A stretch of DNA of 64,000 nucleotides from the NCBI GenBank assembly GCA_050575255.1, contig JBNZDD010013686.1:2913286-2977285 (forward strand), written 5' to 3'. Position numbers and translations under genes: made by a program. Source of the stretch: Harriotta raleighana (lineage: Eukaryota). The notes under the pieces were generated by a model that ran no database searches, was not told the DNA's origin, and saw nothing but the letters and a program-made list of their open reading frames with translations. Below, in pieces: positions 51,532 through 64,000 of this stretch. Within the stretch, counting starts at the first letter, position 1, and the number at the start of each line of letters is the position of its first letter.

Positions 51532-51858
51532 TGATAATAAATAACAATCCTTACAAATGACTTTTGCGTTCGAAGGACATCTTAATGTGCTTCACACATT
51601 ACACTGTAAAGGACAGTGGTTGTGTACTTTGGAGGCACACACAATAATTTGCACACAGCAGTGAAGTGAATGATCAATTTTATTTCGGAGATTGCTTGCT
51701 AAAACATCAGGAATGCTGCTTCATTTGAAGGATTCCAACATTTCAGCATACCACCACTACTGCATTCGTGTGTCAGCCTGTACCAAGTTCTGATCTGGGG
51801 CGTTGAACCTGCTATCTCTGACTCAAAGTGGAGTATCCATTGCTTGAGCATGGCTAAC
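51532..51858 (-). mobile_element. Old DeuSINE remnant
   Basis: tgtgcttcacac...tttgcacacagcag...gtgtcagcctg...gaacctgctatctctgactc. Confidence 0.55.
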
Positions 51859-52039
51859 ACAAGATGATTTATAAGAATGACATTGAAAGAAAACTAAGAA
51901 ATCTTTGGAGAGCAGAACTTATTTGTCTTAGAAAAAAAATTGATGGGGTGGGAACATGGTTCACGTCTTTTAAGTGCGATGATTAAACAATTGGTTATAG
52001 GTAGGTTATTTGATTTAAAAGCCCATTTTGTCCACTAAT

Positions 52040-52136
52040 ATACATTCTATTCACTTTACAGTATATTCTGTGAAGCGTTTTGAGAAGGCTAGAAGATGGG
52101 AAAAGCGCTATCTCAAATGCAAGGATTATTATTATT
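52040..52136 (+). mobile_element. SINE family 1 tail
   Basis: ttcactttacagtatattctgtgaagcgttttgag...aaatgcaaggattatt. Confidence 0.8.
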
Positions 52137-52929
52137 ACAGAAGACGTGAAAGTACTATGACAGTACTAATACATCAAATGTGAGGATTGCTATTATAATT
52201 ATTATTAAGACAGAGGTGGACAGAACTGGATGACATGATACTGTATTAATAATGAATGTGTTCAGAAACTCACTCAACATATTGCTTCCTGAATATAGTC
52301 AATGCAAGGAGCTAAATTCCAGAAAACAAAATTGACTAAATATTGATTGAAAATGACTGAACCTGAGAAGTGTTGTTGAGGTGGAGGTGCAGAATCATAG
52401 TTTGTAGAGGGAAATGTTCAATCTGGGGGATCGCAGAGAGCATTTCTTCAGAACCACCCCGAATCCCCCCACCATGAAGATGGTAGGATAGGTTATAAAG
52501 TGTGTGGGTTAGATGAGCTAAATGTCCTTTTCCCAGTTCATGCTTTTGTATAGATTAGAAAGGCACATTCTTTGTTTTTAAAAAAAATCCATGTTCTAGA
52601 AAGGAGGGGGGAAGAATGGGGATGGGGGTATTGATGGGGTGGGGTGGGTGGGGGGGAGAAAGATAGTAAAATAAGAAAGGACAATGCCGCAAAATTCCTT
52701 TTGAAAATAAAAATACTGTTCACTCACCCCGATTTAAAAAAAATACGATTAACAGCAATGTTTATTTGCTGCAGAGATGAAAACTGACCTTCACTTTTAA
52801 AAAAATCATTTTCCGTTGTGCCAAATAAATCGAAGAAAAAAAATGATTGACGATGTGCAAGTCATTTACTTATAACACAAATAATCCTTCATTGTAGAAT
52901 GTGCGGTCTAAAAGCAAATCAATACTCAC

Positions 52930-53023
52930 ACTACACTCCACTATTACAGGTGCAGTTTTGAAAGCGTTTTCTCCCTTTTTTCTGATAATTGGCTCTGGCC
53001 CTATAGTGGAACTCAGCAGAAGG
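52930..53023 (-). CDS. Candidate internal coding exon, 94 nt, phase 2->0: LLLSSTIGPEPIIRKKGENAFKTAPVIVECS; gene unidentified
   Basis: Strong acceptor tgtatttttttctcatcAG, consensus donor /GTGAGT, open frame with plausible peptide. Confidence 0.5.
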
Positions 53024-53046
53024 CTGATGAGAAAAAAATACAGGTA

Positions 53047-53060
53047 GTTTCCATAGTAAC
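53047..53060. promoter_or_regulatory. RFX X-box GTTTCCATAGTAAC
   Basis: Full match to GTTNCCATRGNAAC. Confidence 0.5.
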
Positions 53061-55399
53061 ACTGAAAGCAGCCAGCTTTCTTTTCAGTAAAATAAAGGAC
53101 TTGTCACCTTGTTATTTCAGGCTTCTTATAAACTCAAAGAGTCACAGCTGTAATTTCAAATTACAGTCTTTATAAATGTGTATGCCACAATTATTTTTAA
53201 AGACAAACACTAAAAATCCTTCTAACCATCTTTTTGTAAGGTATTATTAATGCCACTCAATCCTACATATCATACGAGATTATCTCAGCATTGAAGCATC
53301 TATTAGCGTGATGGGCAACTCAGCATCCATCTTCATATCTCTTTTCGGGTGCCTTTCAGTAATGCATTTCTGCAACTTCTGAGCACATCATACCAAAAAC
53401 TAGCTGGAAAACTTTCTTTATTGTTACAACAATGTTTTGGTCCAGTGATAGAATCTATATTTTATGAATTTTGAATCAAACATCACAAGTGATCTATCTG
53501 CGAGCAACCAAATTGCCTTAATCAGTTCCTTTTCCCCTGTTCCAGCACAGAACATGCTGGGAACTGCACTATACTCAAATTCAAATCAAACCGCATGATT
53601 ACGCTCCTTCCATCCTCCTCCCAGGAGTTTGTAAGACAGAAACATTATTTTTGTGCAAGCATTTCTTTAATCGGTTCCAAACTTAAAATCCAACTATTAC
53701 CTGAAAATAGTAATTGTTGAACTTAAACAGTGTTGAATTCTATAACTTTTTTTCGACTGATTAACAATCAAGAGGTATTTTGTGCAGAGTGTGGCAAGTC
53801 CTGGTTGATTAGATACTTTTTCTGATACTGCCATCAGGGCATACACCTTAAATCATCTTAATATAAGATCATTCTCGGAAATTGTCTCAAATATATTTTA
53901 TACCGTAATTCCTCGTTAACCTGCTTGATTTCCACTTCATTTAAAAAAAAAGATAAATGACTGGGAGGGGATCAACCAGGGCCAAAACAGCAATAACTGA
54001 GCTCTGTTTTAAAATAAATTTGCCAGCAGGACTGAAACATTCGGACTTGAGCAAAGTCTCGAGAATTTCCAGCAAAAAAGACTTAGTAAAACACAACTTG
54101 CTAAAACACAACTGGTTCTCAGTCTAATTGCATCAGTTTCTTGTGGGAAAAGGCATGTTAAAAAGTGTCCATTAAAAAAACTCTTGCACACGTGTTACAT
54201 ACAATTCACCAGATTCAGAGGACAGATCCCAATTCAGTAAGCTATTTGATAAACCTTTGCATGCAGTTTACAAAACTGGTTAGTATGGATTGTACATATT
54301 CAACACTCAAATCAATACTTAATATCTAGAGAACCTGGAAGGTCAAAATGCATTATGGACCTAAAGTAAGTAAAGGAGCAGTCTCATGGAAGGAAGAGTG
54401 AATATACATTGGTGTGCTTATCATGTCGAATGCTTCTTTACTACTTTACCTCATTTAAAATAGCTGAAAAACTTATTTTATCAGAAATATAAAGTTTAAG
54501 CAAGCTAACTGGCAGGTCTGGAATTTGCTTAAGACACATTTTTGGTTTCTGAGTTGAGATGATTTTATATATGTGCCCTAGATATGGGTGATGACATTTA
54601 TGGTCCATATCTTTTCATTTGATAGGAATTGCCGATGCATGAACTATACAAGAATAATGTCGTAAATATTGACATGATAGAAACAAATTGGAGGTAGACA
54701 TATTAAAAGCTTACAAAACATTCTGCTATGTGGCCTAGGGTTCAAAGAGAACAATCCTCTTTTTGTAGTTGAGCATTTTTACAGGAATGGACTCATCAAA
54801 AAGCACATTCTCTGAAATTCAGAGATTTGCAAACTATAGGAGAGATCACACGACAGAAAACAGATAGGATTCTGCCTTAAAGCAAGTAACAAGTTAAAGT
54901 GGCCTTCATATTCTGCTTTCTGTTGGCTATAAATATTGAACCAAAGAGTGATCTAAAGATCTTCTGCCAATTAGCCCAAGGCATTTTCAGTCACTTTGAA
55001 GTCCAGGAGTAATGAATTCACAGCATCACTGGGCAATGTGCATGGCCTGCAGCGGAAGGCAGAGTAACTGAAAGAATGCTGAGATGAAGTGTAAGAATAT
55101 GCAAGAAAGATTGTTTCAAAAAAGGTACACGTTTGTTAGATGAATTTAGAAACAATCATTTATTTAAATTCTATATATCTTATCTTTATATCTGTAACAA
55201 TATTTACTCCATCCACATTAAAATACAGGGATGATTAAATTCTTTGGCTATTGAATGCCTATCATTGTTAGGATCAGGTGACATCCTGCAACATAACTTT
55301 GGGTAGCATAGAGTAAAATCTACTGTGGACAAATTCAATTGTGAGCAGAACAGGAAAACAATCATCAGATTTATTAATGCTTCAGTTAGTAAAATAATC

Positions 55400-55720
55400 C
55401 ACCAATGTGCCAATTACCCCAACAAGTTGGGAAAGACCCAAGTTTGATCCCTAATAAATACTGCATCTCAGCTGGTGTGTAGGCTGGGGGCGTGGAGGGG
55501 GGGAGAAACTAATCAGACATATTTAATGATAGGCTTGTTTATGATCACTATCCAATGTCCCTTACCAAAAAGATATGCATCTGTGAACACATGTGATATT
55601 TGATCAGACTTGGCTGTAGTGATGAACAGGATAACAAAATAGACAGCAGCCCCTCCAAAAATAGATAGTATCCAACACTGTTAGAATTGTATGCTAGCAA
55701 CAGTCAGGAGAGTGGATCAT
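55400..55720 (+). mobile_element. Old SINE family 2 remnant
   Basis: agtttgatccct...atctcagctgg...gatcactatccaatgtcccc...gacttggctgtagtg. Confidence 0.5.
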
Positions 55721-57904
55721 TAATGATTTGGGCTAAAATGATTAGATGTTTCTAGCTCATTTTTAACATGCATGATTATCAAATCCATAAAGCTCTCAAA
55801 TATTAAGAAAATAGCGCACAGACATGCTGAGTTAGAATGGGAGTATATTGTGTCAAGTGATTTTCTCATTGAGTTTCTCATTGCAGCTGCAAAAGTCTGG
55901 AAGGCAAAGTGTGAATGAGGCATTTCTGTAGGAGAGTAAACATTAATTCTGCAGTTCTGGCCAGGACTTGGGAGCAGCTTGTGTCTGACCCCATCAGATG
56001 GACAAAACTAATTTAAGAAAACAAGTTTTAGGATTTTGGCCTTTATAAAGTTAAGAGTTGAGGGGAAAGATAAAGAAATACGTTGAATGAAAGAGAAAGT
56101 AAAGTTTCTTGGAAACAGCTTTTGTGATGGAATTTAATTTCGGAACAAAGGAGATAATGAGGCCAGAAATGTTAAAAGATAAGGTATTTTGTATTAAAAT
56201 GTTAGATGGATGGACATTAGAAAATAAATCTCACCATGATTTTTCTAAGTGCATTACATTATTTTGATAAACCAAATGGTTAAAAGAGAAAATACATATC
56301 AGATTGTTCATACACAAGACAGTAACCTTGGTTAGATCAAATCCTCCAAATTGGGCTGTTTTGGGGAAATAATATACTCCTGTCCAAACCTATTTCTTTC
56401 TTATTTACCTTCTTTCTCTGTTATACATTTTCTTCCATTACTTTCTTTGAGCTGACAGAGACGCTCTTATAGCGTCCAAGTCAGGTTGACGTATGTAAAA
56501 AGCAAGAATGCAATCGCACATCTCAACTGACCATCCTTAATTTTAATTTAACTATGATCATCTTATTCACCACTTAGTCCAATGGAAAGTATCATATTAT
56601 GTCTCTGATTATAGATTGAATTAAAACACAAGGTCTGAAATAGTAGCTCCATGAAAACAGCAGAACACAGACTGAGCACTTCAGACATGATGGATTAAAA
56701 GCTTCCCTTCAGACTAACTATGAGCTCTTATCTCTGATCTATCTGCTGCAGCATATGTTTTTGACTGCTGCACAGCATTAACTTTGATGGAGGATTACAA
56801 CCAACAGACTGCTCAAGAGCTTTAACTTTCCTACAAAATTCGAAGGTCATGTTCGTCTAGGTTTTGGATACGTCTGGATACGAAGGAAAGATAATCTTTA
56901 TTCAGTCACCAATACACTTCTGACAGTTAAACATCCAGTCTCCTGTAGTCATCTGGTAGAATCTTTGGGTGTAAACATATTTAGTTCATTGCGTTGAGTA
57001 CTTATTTTAATAGTTTTATATGATTAATGAACCAAATACATTTTAAAGATAAGTTAACCCTTTACACTGGTACCTATCTGGTATTCCGCAGCTAAGGCAA
57101 ACCACCTTAATCTTTTACAGCAGTGAGCTATCTGTAGACTATTTCTTAGTTACAAATTATATAGCCAATGTGTTTTTAATCTGTTATCTTTGAGAAGATG
57201 AGAATAAACAAAACATCTGTACTGTAATTACATTTGTGTTTTATAAGGAGCTATTTGTAAGTGGTAATTATTTATCATTAAAAATAATCTCGACTGATGG
57301 GCCATCGACATGCGAGTAATGAGCTACATATAGCTCAAGTGTCAGACATTCCTGGTAGTTAATGCTATCTGGTATAAAGTATGAAAAATTATGCGAGATC
57401 AGTCTTTTCCTGTAAGACTCTCCTGTGAGGTAAGGGGAACAGTAGCTTCATTTCCGAGGGTATAAAGTCAGGTTATCAGTGTACTTTTGGTGCTTAGAAA
57501 GCACTTCTCCTTTAGATGGATTTGTACCCTTTTAATCCAGGAAATAAGTAGAACTAACTGGCACTCTGTGTAGTGACCTTGCTAAAGATTTCATGGTGGA
57601 TTTTCTCCACCTTGGTAGTAGGCAGCGCCTCTGCTGTTTCAAGATTACATACAAAGTCCACAGTACAGCACAAACACGACACACACAAAAGGATAGCTGG
57701 TCCCTTGTCTATGTCAAGGTGACTGATCTCAGCCAACCACAGCAGTTCCAACTCCAGATCATTACCATTCAAGCATAACTGTTATGTATGCTTCCATGAA
57801 CATTAGGATATGATTATGAGCTAAGGAACCAGGATGGTTATAGATTTGAGTTAACTTTACCAATCTCAGCCAAGGTGGCATTGGGGGATTGTCCTGTACT
57901 CCAA

Positions 57905-58027
57905 TCTCGCCCACAAATATAAAGTCAATTCACTTTCCAATACATTCTGTGAAGCGCTTTGAGATGTCTAGAAGATGTGAAAAGCGCTATATCAAATGCA
58001 AGGATTATTATTATTATTATTATTATT
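57905..58027 (+). mobile_element. SINE family 1 tail
   Basis: tcgcccacaaatat...ctgtgaagcgctttgagatgtc...gcaagga(tta)n. Confidence 0.85.
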
Positions 58028-58429
58028 ACTCTTGAGCAAAGATTTGGTGGTGAAGAATTTGGCTGGGTTCCTGTACTTGACTCCTGTTCAGTCACCACTG
58101 CAGAAAGTGTACTCATGTGAATGTGGGTCAAAGCAGGATTGAGAAGCAATAATTGAGTAGTCTCCTGCTATTAATTGACTGAGCCTCACACATGAACAAT
58201 GGCCACTTGTACACCTACCATTCTATAGGAATCCATTGGGGAACCAAGAGCATATTTCAATATGCAAATCCTGTACATAATTCCATGCTATATAAACAAA
58301 ACTTATGATGCCACATAAAATTGTTTTATTTTCTGTGTCATCATGTATTCCTGCGTTTGTTTAGCAATAAGTTCAATTCTGTAGGTTACTGCAACTCCAG
58401 TGAGGACTTCATTTCTATGCACTATCTTA

Positions 58430-58575
58430 GCATAAGAACATAAGAACACAAGAATTAGGAGCAAGAGTAAGCCATTCGGCCCTTCGAGCATGCCCCGTCA
58501 TTCAATCAGATCATGGCTGATCTTCTGACCTAACTCAAATTGCCTGCCCTATCCCTATTTCCCCTAATCTCTCTA
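58430..58575 (-). mobile_element. CR1 LINE 3' tail with (TTCTTATG)n end
   Basis: cataagaacataagaacacaagaattaggagcaagagtaagccattcggcccttcgagc...atcatggctgatc. Confidence 0.85.
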
Positions 58576-59564
58576 TTTTGCGTATATCAAACTTGAGTAT
58601 CTCAAACTCAGATACACACAGTCTCCAGAAACTCATAAAAATCAAGTCTCCTGTAGTAATGGTCTCCAGACAAAACAAATTGATGCACCTCCATTCTTCA
58701 CTAACTCCTCTCTTCATCACAACATTTATCTATTTTTTGAGAGTTTACCATCATTTTAGGTAATTATATTTAAAAACATACAATTTATTGCAAAAGATCA
58801 ACTCTTTTTCACTGATTCACAAACAGCTTGTAACACTGCGTATGACACAAGAACTTCTCTTCCTCAGCTCAGAAAATATTGTACGTTTCCATGCAAGTTC
58901 ACTATCCCAGGATTCTTTGGGTTGCAACACAAGCAATATTTTCTAAATGCTTAAAAATCATTGCATCTTATTACCAGATGCTTTAAATCTACAATGCTGG
59001 CAATTAAACCTAAACCAATAAAACCAATTTACATTAAAAAAATGTTTCGAGCAAGAAAAAAAAAGACCATTCAGACCACTGAGCTCGCTTCTTCCAATAG
59101 ACTTTCTAAGTACAATTGCACATTCATGGATTGTACCCAGGAAGCTGCTCAAGCTCTGAAGAGTAGGTTGTTCAAAATTCTATTCTTTACAAATCTGTAA
59201 AAATTGGAGACGTTCCTTTATCTATCTTAGACACTCTGTACTGTGTGTGCAAATGTAGGCAACAGCTGTAACCATGGGAAATCAACAAAAGGCTTTACAA
59301 AAAGGTTCCTGAATAGTGCGAGCACAGGCTCTGAATGGCAGCTACACCCACAGGTACATGCAGAGGGGACATTAATGATTCCGAATAGGCACCTGCCACT
59401 TGAAGGAGGGAAAAAATTGGCCCCAGTGTTTCTTTCAACATTAACAAAATAATGCATACGTTTTGCTGATTTTCTCCACTTCTTTTCTGAACATGGATTT
59501 ATGTTTATCCCATGGGAAATGGCCATCCTCTATCACTCACGTCATGATCAGCTAACTTAATTTT

Positions 59565-59655
59565 TATAATAATCCTTGCATTTGATTCAGTGCCATATCA
59601 TGTCTTTGAGGCATCTCAAAACGCTTTACAGAATATACTGTGTAGTGAATTAACT
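59565..59655 (-). mobile_element. SINE tail
   Basis: ataataatccttgcatttgat...aaaacgctttacagaatatactg. Confidence 0.75.
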
Positions 59656-60184
59656 TTACAATTAGTCTTCTTTGAAATTTCCTCTTTATCTGAAAAGTAC
59701 TATTCCAAAAGCAAAGAATATTATTTTATTTATTTTCATTTATTATTTACCTTGTCCAAATGGCTATTCTTAACCCAACTCCAAGTGCTAATAGCCATCA
59801 AGCTGTTTGATCATGGGTGTAGTGGAGTATCACTATAGACCCTCACCAATTATCAGCACTTTCAGCTAGTGTCGCAGAGATCGGTTGATTTTACCCACCC
59901 GAGTCCATGAGTATCAAGGTAAGCTGTAATTCTAACATCCATCTCACAGGATATCATCTACCTTGAGTAAGTTTTTGGACCCTGCTAACATTTTTAGCTA
60001 AGCACTACATAGGGAAATGCTTCAACTGCTGAGGTACAGTGGGATATTATATGGCAAAGGTACCCAAATGGATCTCAATTTGATTCTCTTGTACTCTGTT
60101 TGGATTCAGATTTTGGGCCATGCGCCTACTTTAAATGAAGATGATTAACTTCTAAAAAAGGAGAGGTTAGTTTGTTTTTGTTGT

Positions 60185-60422
60185 ACACTTAGGGCATGGG
60201 GCACGTTAGAACATGGAATGCCCTACCAAAAGCAATTGTTGAAGCTGAATCTGTTAGAGCTCATAAAAGGAAATTAGACAAATAATTGAAAGGAGGAAAT
60301 GTAAAATGATAAGGGGTAAGGTCAGGGCCAGCCGTGAAATTAAATGGTTGGTATTTTCAGAGAGCTGGTTCAGTGATGATGGACTTAATGGTCTCCTTCT
60401 GTTCTGCAAAATTCTATCATTT
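60185..60422 (+). mobile_element. Degenerate CR1 LINE 3' end
   Basis: Translates VRTWNALPKAIVEAESVRAHKRKLDK, then gatggacttaatggtctccttctgt. Confidence 0.8.
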
Positions 60423-61911
60423 TGTAAAATAAAAGATCAATATCATACTTGGGATATTTTCTGTCAATTCTCCCAGTAATGAAAATTGCAGCAACATGTC
60501 ACTAGAGTTTAGGGACAAGAAACTTACGTTGTATAAAGTAAACTAACAGAGTTATGTCTTCCAGTTAATATATTGCCAGTTTCAATGAGTTTGACAATTT
60601 GGACCGGATAATGATTCATTTTGACTGAAAATGTGGTCCGCTTTGTTGAATGTGACTCTTTAAAATGAACACAGAAGGCTAATGGGCAAGTCATTCAGGC
60701 CAGCAGGTCACAGCCCAGGTTCTGTTCTACAATGAGATAGCTAATCTGAAACTTGCATATTGCATTGGATAACACTGGTCAAAAGCAGAGAGGGAGGGTA
60801 AAAAAAGTCAGGGCATTTTATTAGAATTGCCATCCAGTGAACCCCTAATCTAAAATACACATATGAGAGTGAGTGAGGTAGATCAGGATTACATGTGATG
60901 TTCACTACGGACCAAACTTTGCCAAGACTCACTTGTCAATGTTCAAACCCGAGGTACCAAAATATGTATAATATTCTTGCTGCTGTACATCAGAAAGAAT
61001 CATTGCTTTCAGGAAATAGAGAAGAGAGAGAGATAAAAAAACATGTTTTGTATGGACTACAAGTCTTTCATAAATGTCATTCTCATCAGTCCCTTTTTGA
61101 CAGCTCTGCACCTGCCCTCTCCATTTCGAGGTACAGCATGTTAATGAACTAAGCTACACTATGTTACACTGGTCAGCCATCAGACCAGTAAATAGTCTAT
61201 TTACAATAGATTTTTTCACCACTGGCTTACATATTGAATTCTGCTGCGCAGCACAGAAAATGTAGCAGACCTATCTATTAGTTCCTTTTATAATTTCCTC
61301 TGCATACATTCAGGGTCAGAGGCAGTTCAAAAGACCGGTCCAGGCCACAATCCTTAAAGCTGAATGCACAAGCTTTAACTGCAACACATCTCGTAAATAA
61401 ATGTGTGTTGTTTTAAAACAACTTCAAACACCGTCCATCTTAATCTCATTATAATGATAAATGTCACTAAACAAATCCTTGTATTCGGAAGTTATGGTTT
61501 CGGTTTCCTTAGTTTGTAATGTGATTCACGTTTGTATAACTTCATTAATGCATTTCATGTATAGAATGAAACCCAGATGCCAACACATGTTGGTCACCTT
61601 AATAAAGGGCGAGGGAGAAGAAAACATTATAACCTCAAATATATAAGGTTTGAATGGTGAGGAACACATACTTTTCTTTATTTTATGACCATACCAGGCA
61701 TTTCAAAACAATGATCCAGATTCTGATCCATTTATTTGTGCTGCTACATCTGTACGGTTTTTACCTCCCTAAACATTCAGAGTCTGTCTGGTACCCGTTG
61801 CTAATGTATGCCACATTGAGTAGCATCCTTTTTGCTTTCATATATAATAATAATAAAATAATAATCCTTGCATTTGATATAGTGCTTTTCACANTTTTTT
61901 GCTTTCATATA

Positions 61912-62256
61912 TAATAATAATAATATAATAATAATAATCCTTGCATTTGATATAGCGCTTTTCACATCTTATCAACGTCCCAAAGCGCTTCACAGAGTAT
62001 ACTGTAAAGTGAATTGACTGTATATTTGTGGGCGAAATGTGGCAGCCAATTGCGCACAGCAGTGTCCCACAAACAGTCGTGGATTGAAATGACCAATTTT
62101 ATTATTGTAGTTTTTTTTGGAGGGATTATTATTAGGCATGTGGAGTAAGGAAACTTGCCCAAGGTTTCGCCCTGATCTGCCTGGATTCGAACACAGGCCT
62201 CATGCTTCTAAGGCATGTAAGGCGAGTGCTCTAACCACTGAGCCACAGGAGCTCCA
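61912..62256 (-). mobile_element. SINE family 1, young full length
   Basis: Minus strand: TGGAGCTCCTGTGGCTCAGTGGTTAGAGCACTCGCCTTAC...GTTCGAATCC, intact A/B boxes and (TTA)n tail. Confidence 0.93.
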
Positions 62257-64000
62257 AAAATATCCTTGACCCAAGTGAAAAGAGGGTGTTAAGCTAAACA
62301 GCAGAACTACTGCCTGGTAAAATGTTTTCAAGAAATGCATTGACTCACACAAGGCCAGTAGTCTTCAACATGAAGCACGACAAAGGAAAAATAAGTATTA
62401 AGTACAGAATGGTTTAAACACAAATAACATTTGGGGATTTTTTTGTATGCCGTTTTTGAAAAAAAGACCTTAAAGTTAATTGTTTTTATATAACGGAGTG
62501 GAACATTGTGGGTGTATTGCGTAATTTTTTAACAATATAACGAGAAAAATAATTCAGAAACAATTTCCCTTTTGAAGAGGAGAGGGATCAGATGGTCTGT
62601 GTCATGCTTTTCCTTCTCCTTATTTGACTTCACTGGGATCCATGTACACAAGTCACCCACTTGCCCGAGGGGCTTTTTTGTTTTGGCCTTAACTCCGGGC
62701 ACTTGCAGGCTATTGAACTGTCAGAACATCACAGTGGAACCTGATCTTTCCTTCTTCCAACATCTGCACACGCATGTACATTCCAGCAGGCTTCTAGCAA
62801 AATAAATTTACTGTAGTCAATTTCAGTGGAAACGGTTAAAGGCCAATTGGCACCATGCACCGTCCATTCCTCTACCACCCAGGGTTCTGGAGGTCACGGA
62901 CCTCACTGAGCAACCATTGCCAAGGTATTTCTTTAGGATGAGCTAAAATTTGTGCAGGTTTGAGTGGCATTCACCACTGGGGCTCTAGCCTGTAAATTGG
63001 TTACGGAGCAAATACTCTGCCACTTGTACAATTAGGCCTGTAAGGATTTGCTGAAAGATTTACTTTAAAAAGCAGGACCATGGTGAGAGGTTGTCCTTTC
63101 TTTGAGACAGTATGAAAACTGATTAATTGATATGCCCAGCTTGTCATATGACCTAGTGTGAGCTGATGTAGTTTGTTTAGTAAATGGAATAAAAAGGAGG
63201 ATAAAATCGGATTTCCAATCCCAGCTCTTATGCAGCACAGATAAACCATTAATAAATAGACTATAGCATTTTGTTGCACTCACCAGGCATACCTGCGTTC
63301 ATTTAAAAAAATACTGTACGTTCGATTAGATGTTTGCACATGTTCTAAATCTCTACACAAACACACACAAAGCCACATAGTACTTCAGCTTTATTTTTCA
63401 TTCAGTGCACTGCCTTAGAATCCTCTATCAGCTTGCTTTACAGAAAATAACTTTAATCTACTCACTGTAACATTCAACCAACTCAGTTTGCTGATGTGGA
63501 CACTTCCAACAGTATAAGTACAATAGATTAGATATTCTATTATATGGCATTCTTGTACATACAGTATTTGTGATTCATTGTGACAATTTCAAATGTTATT
63601 TGCATAAATCTGATTTCAGTCTGGAAAGATGACTAAACAATCACTCTCTTGAATTGTGCATTTGATCAATAACTTCAAACCTTGTTTCTCTGTTCAGTGT
63701 CCACCAATACAAGCCCTTTGAGATATTATTCTACATGAAGGGAATCGTGTCAATTTAACAGATACTGTTATTTGATGACATCTCTGAAACGGAGGTGATG
63801 AGCAGGTCATTAGAAATGATAAACTGTAGCAATATTGGAAAAATAAAATGATATGCAGTTTCTACATATTCAGAGATTAGACAGGTTTCTGCATGATGCA
63901 GTATCAGAGGGCCTAACATGCAGAAGTTAAAGCTCGATCTTAAGACTGATCACAATGAAGTCAAGTCTTCAGCTTGCCAAGATAGATTTCTCAGTCAAAA

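Noticed and set aside
52950-53043. Overlapping plus-strand 94-nt open segment (CSFESVFSLFSDNWLWPYSGTQQKADEKKIQ)
   Set aside because: Splice signals are weaker than for the minus-strand alternative
61828-61965. ~65-bp duplication of SINE tail and flank around the N at 61894
   Set aside because: Most likely an unmerged contig overlap; another N at 29034 also warns about assembly quality
62170-62256. tRNA gene (Val-like head with A/B boxes)
   Set aside because: Continues into a SINE body and tail, and the anticodon arm is duplicated; it is a SINE head
1-64000. CRISPR array, operons, rRNA, intact transposase or reverse transcriptase ORF
   Set aside because: No repeat-spacer array and no ORF over 130 aa; the sequence is eukaryotic non-coding DNA

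Overview
AT-rich vertebrate genomic DNA, almost all intronic or intergenic. The repeat set (tRNA-headed DeuSINE-type SINEs, L2 and CR1 LINE 3' ends) suggests a cartilaginous fish, probably a holocephalan; this is an inference. No complete protein-coding gene is visible, and nearly all ORFs in the supplied track are repeat-derived or chance. Main observations: (1) a near-perfect 3 x 4900-bp tandem triplication (3253-18193) bounded by four same-orientation SINEs and carrying a candidate minus-strand exon; (2) three ~150-165-bp Penelope-like elements with a minimal type I hammerhead-ribozyme motif, one with an intact-looking core and one with a 14-bp target-site duplication (TSD) and a terminal inversion; (3) isolated candidate minus-strand coding exons of an unidentified large-intron gene, the best one beside an RFX X-box; (4) many dispersed and nested retroelement fragments and a few hairpins. 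Repeat boundaries are approximate and were read by eye.
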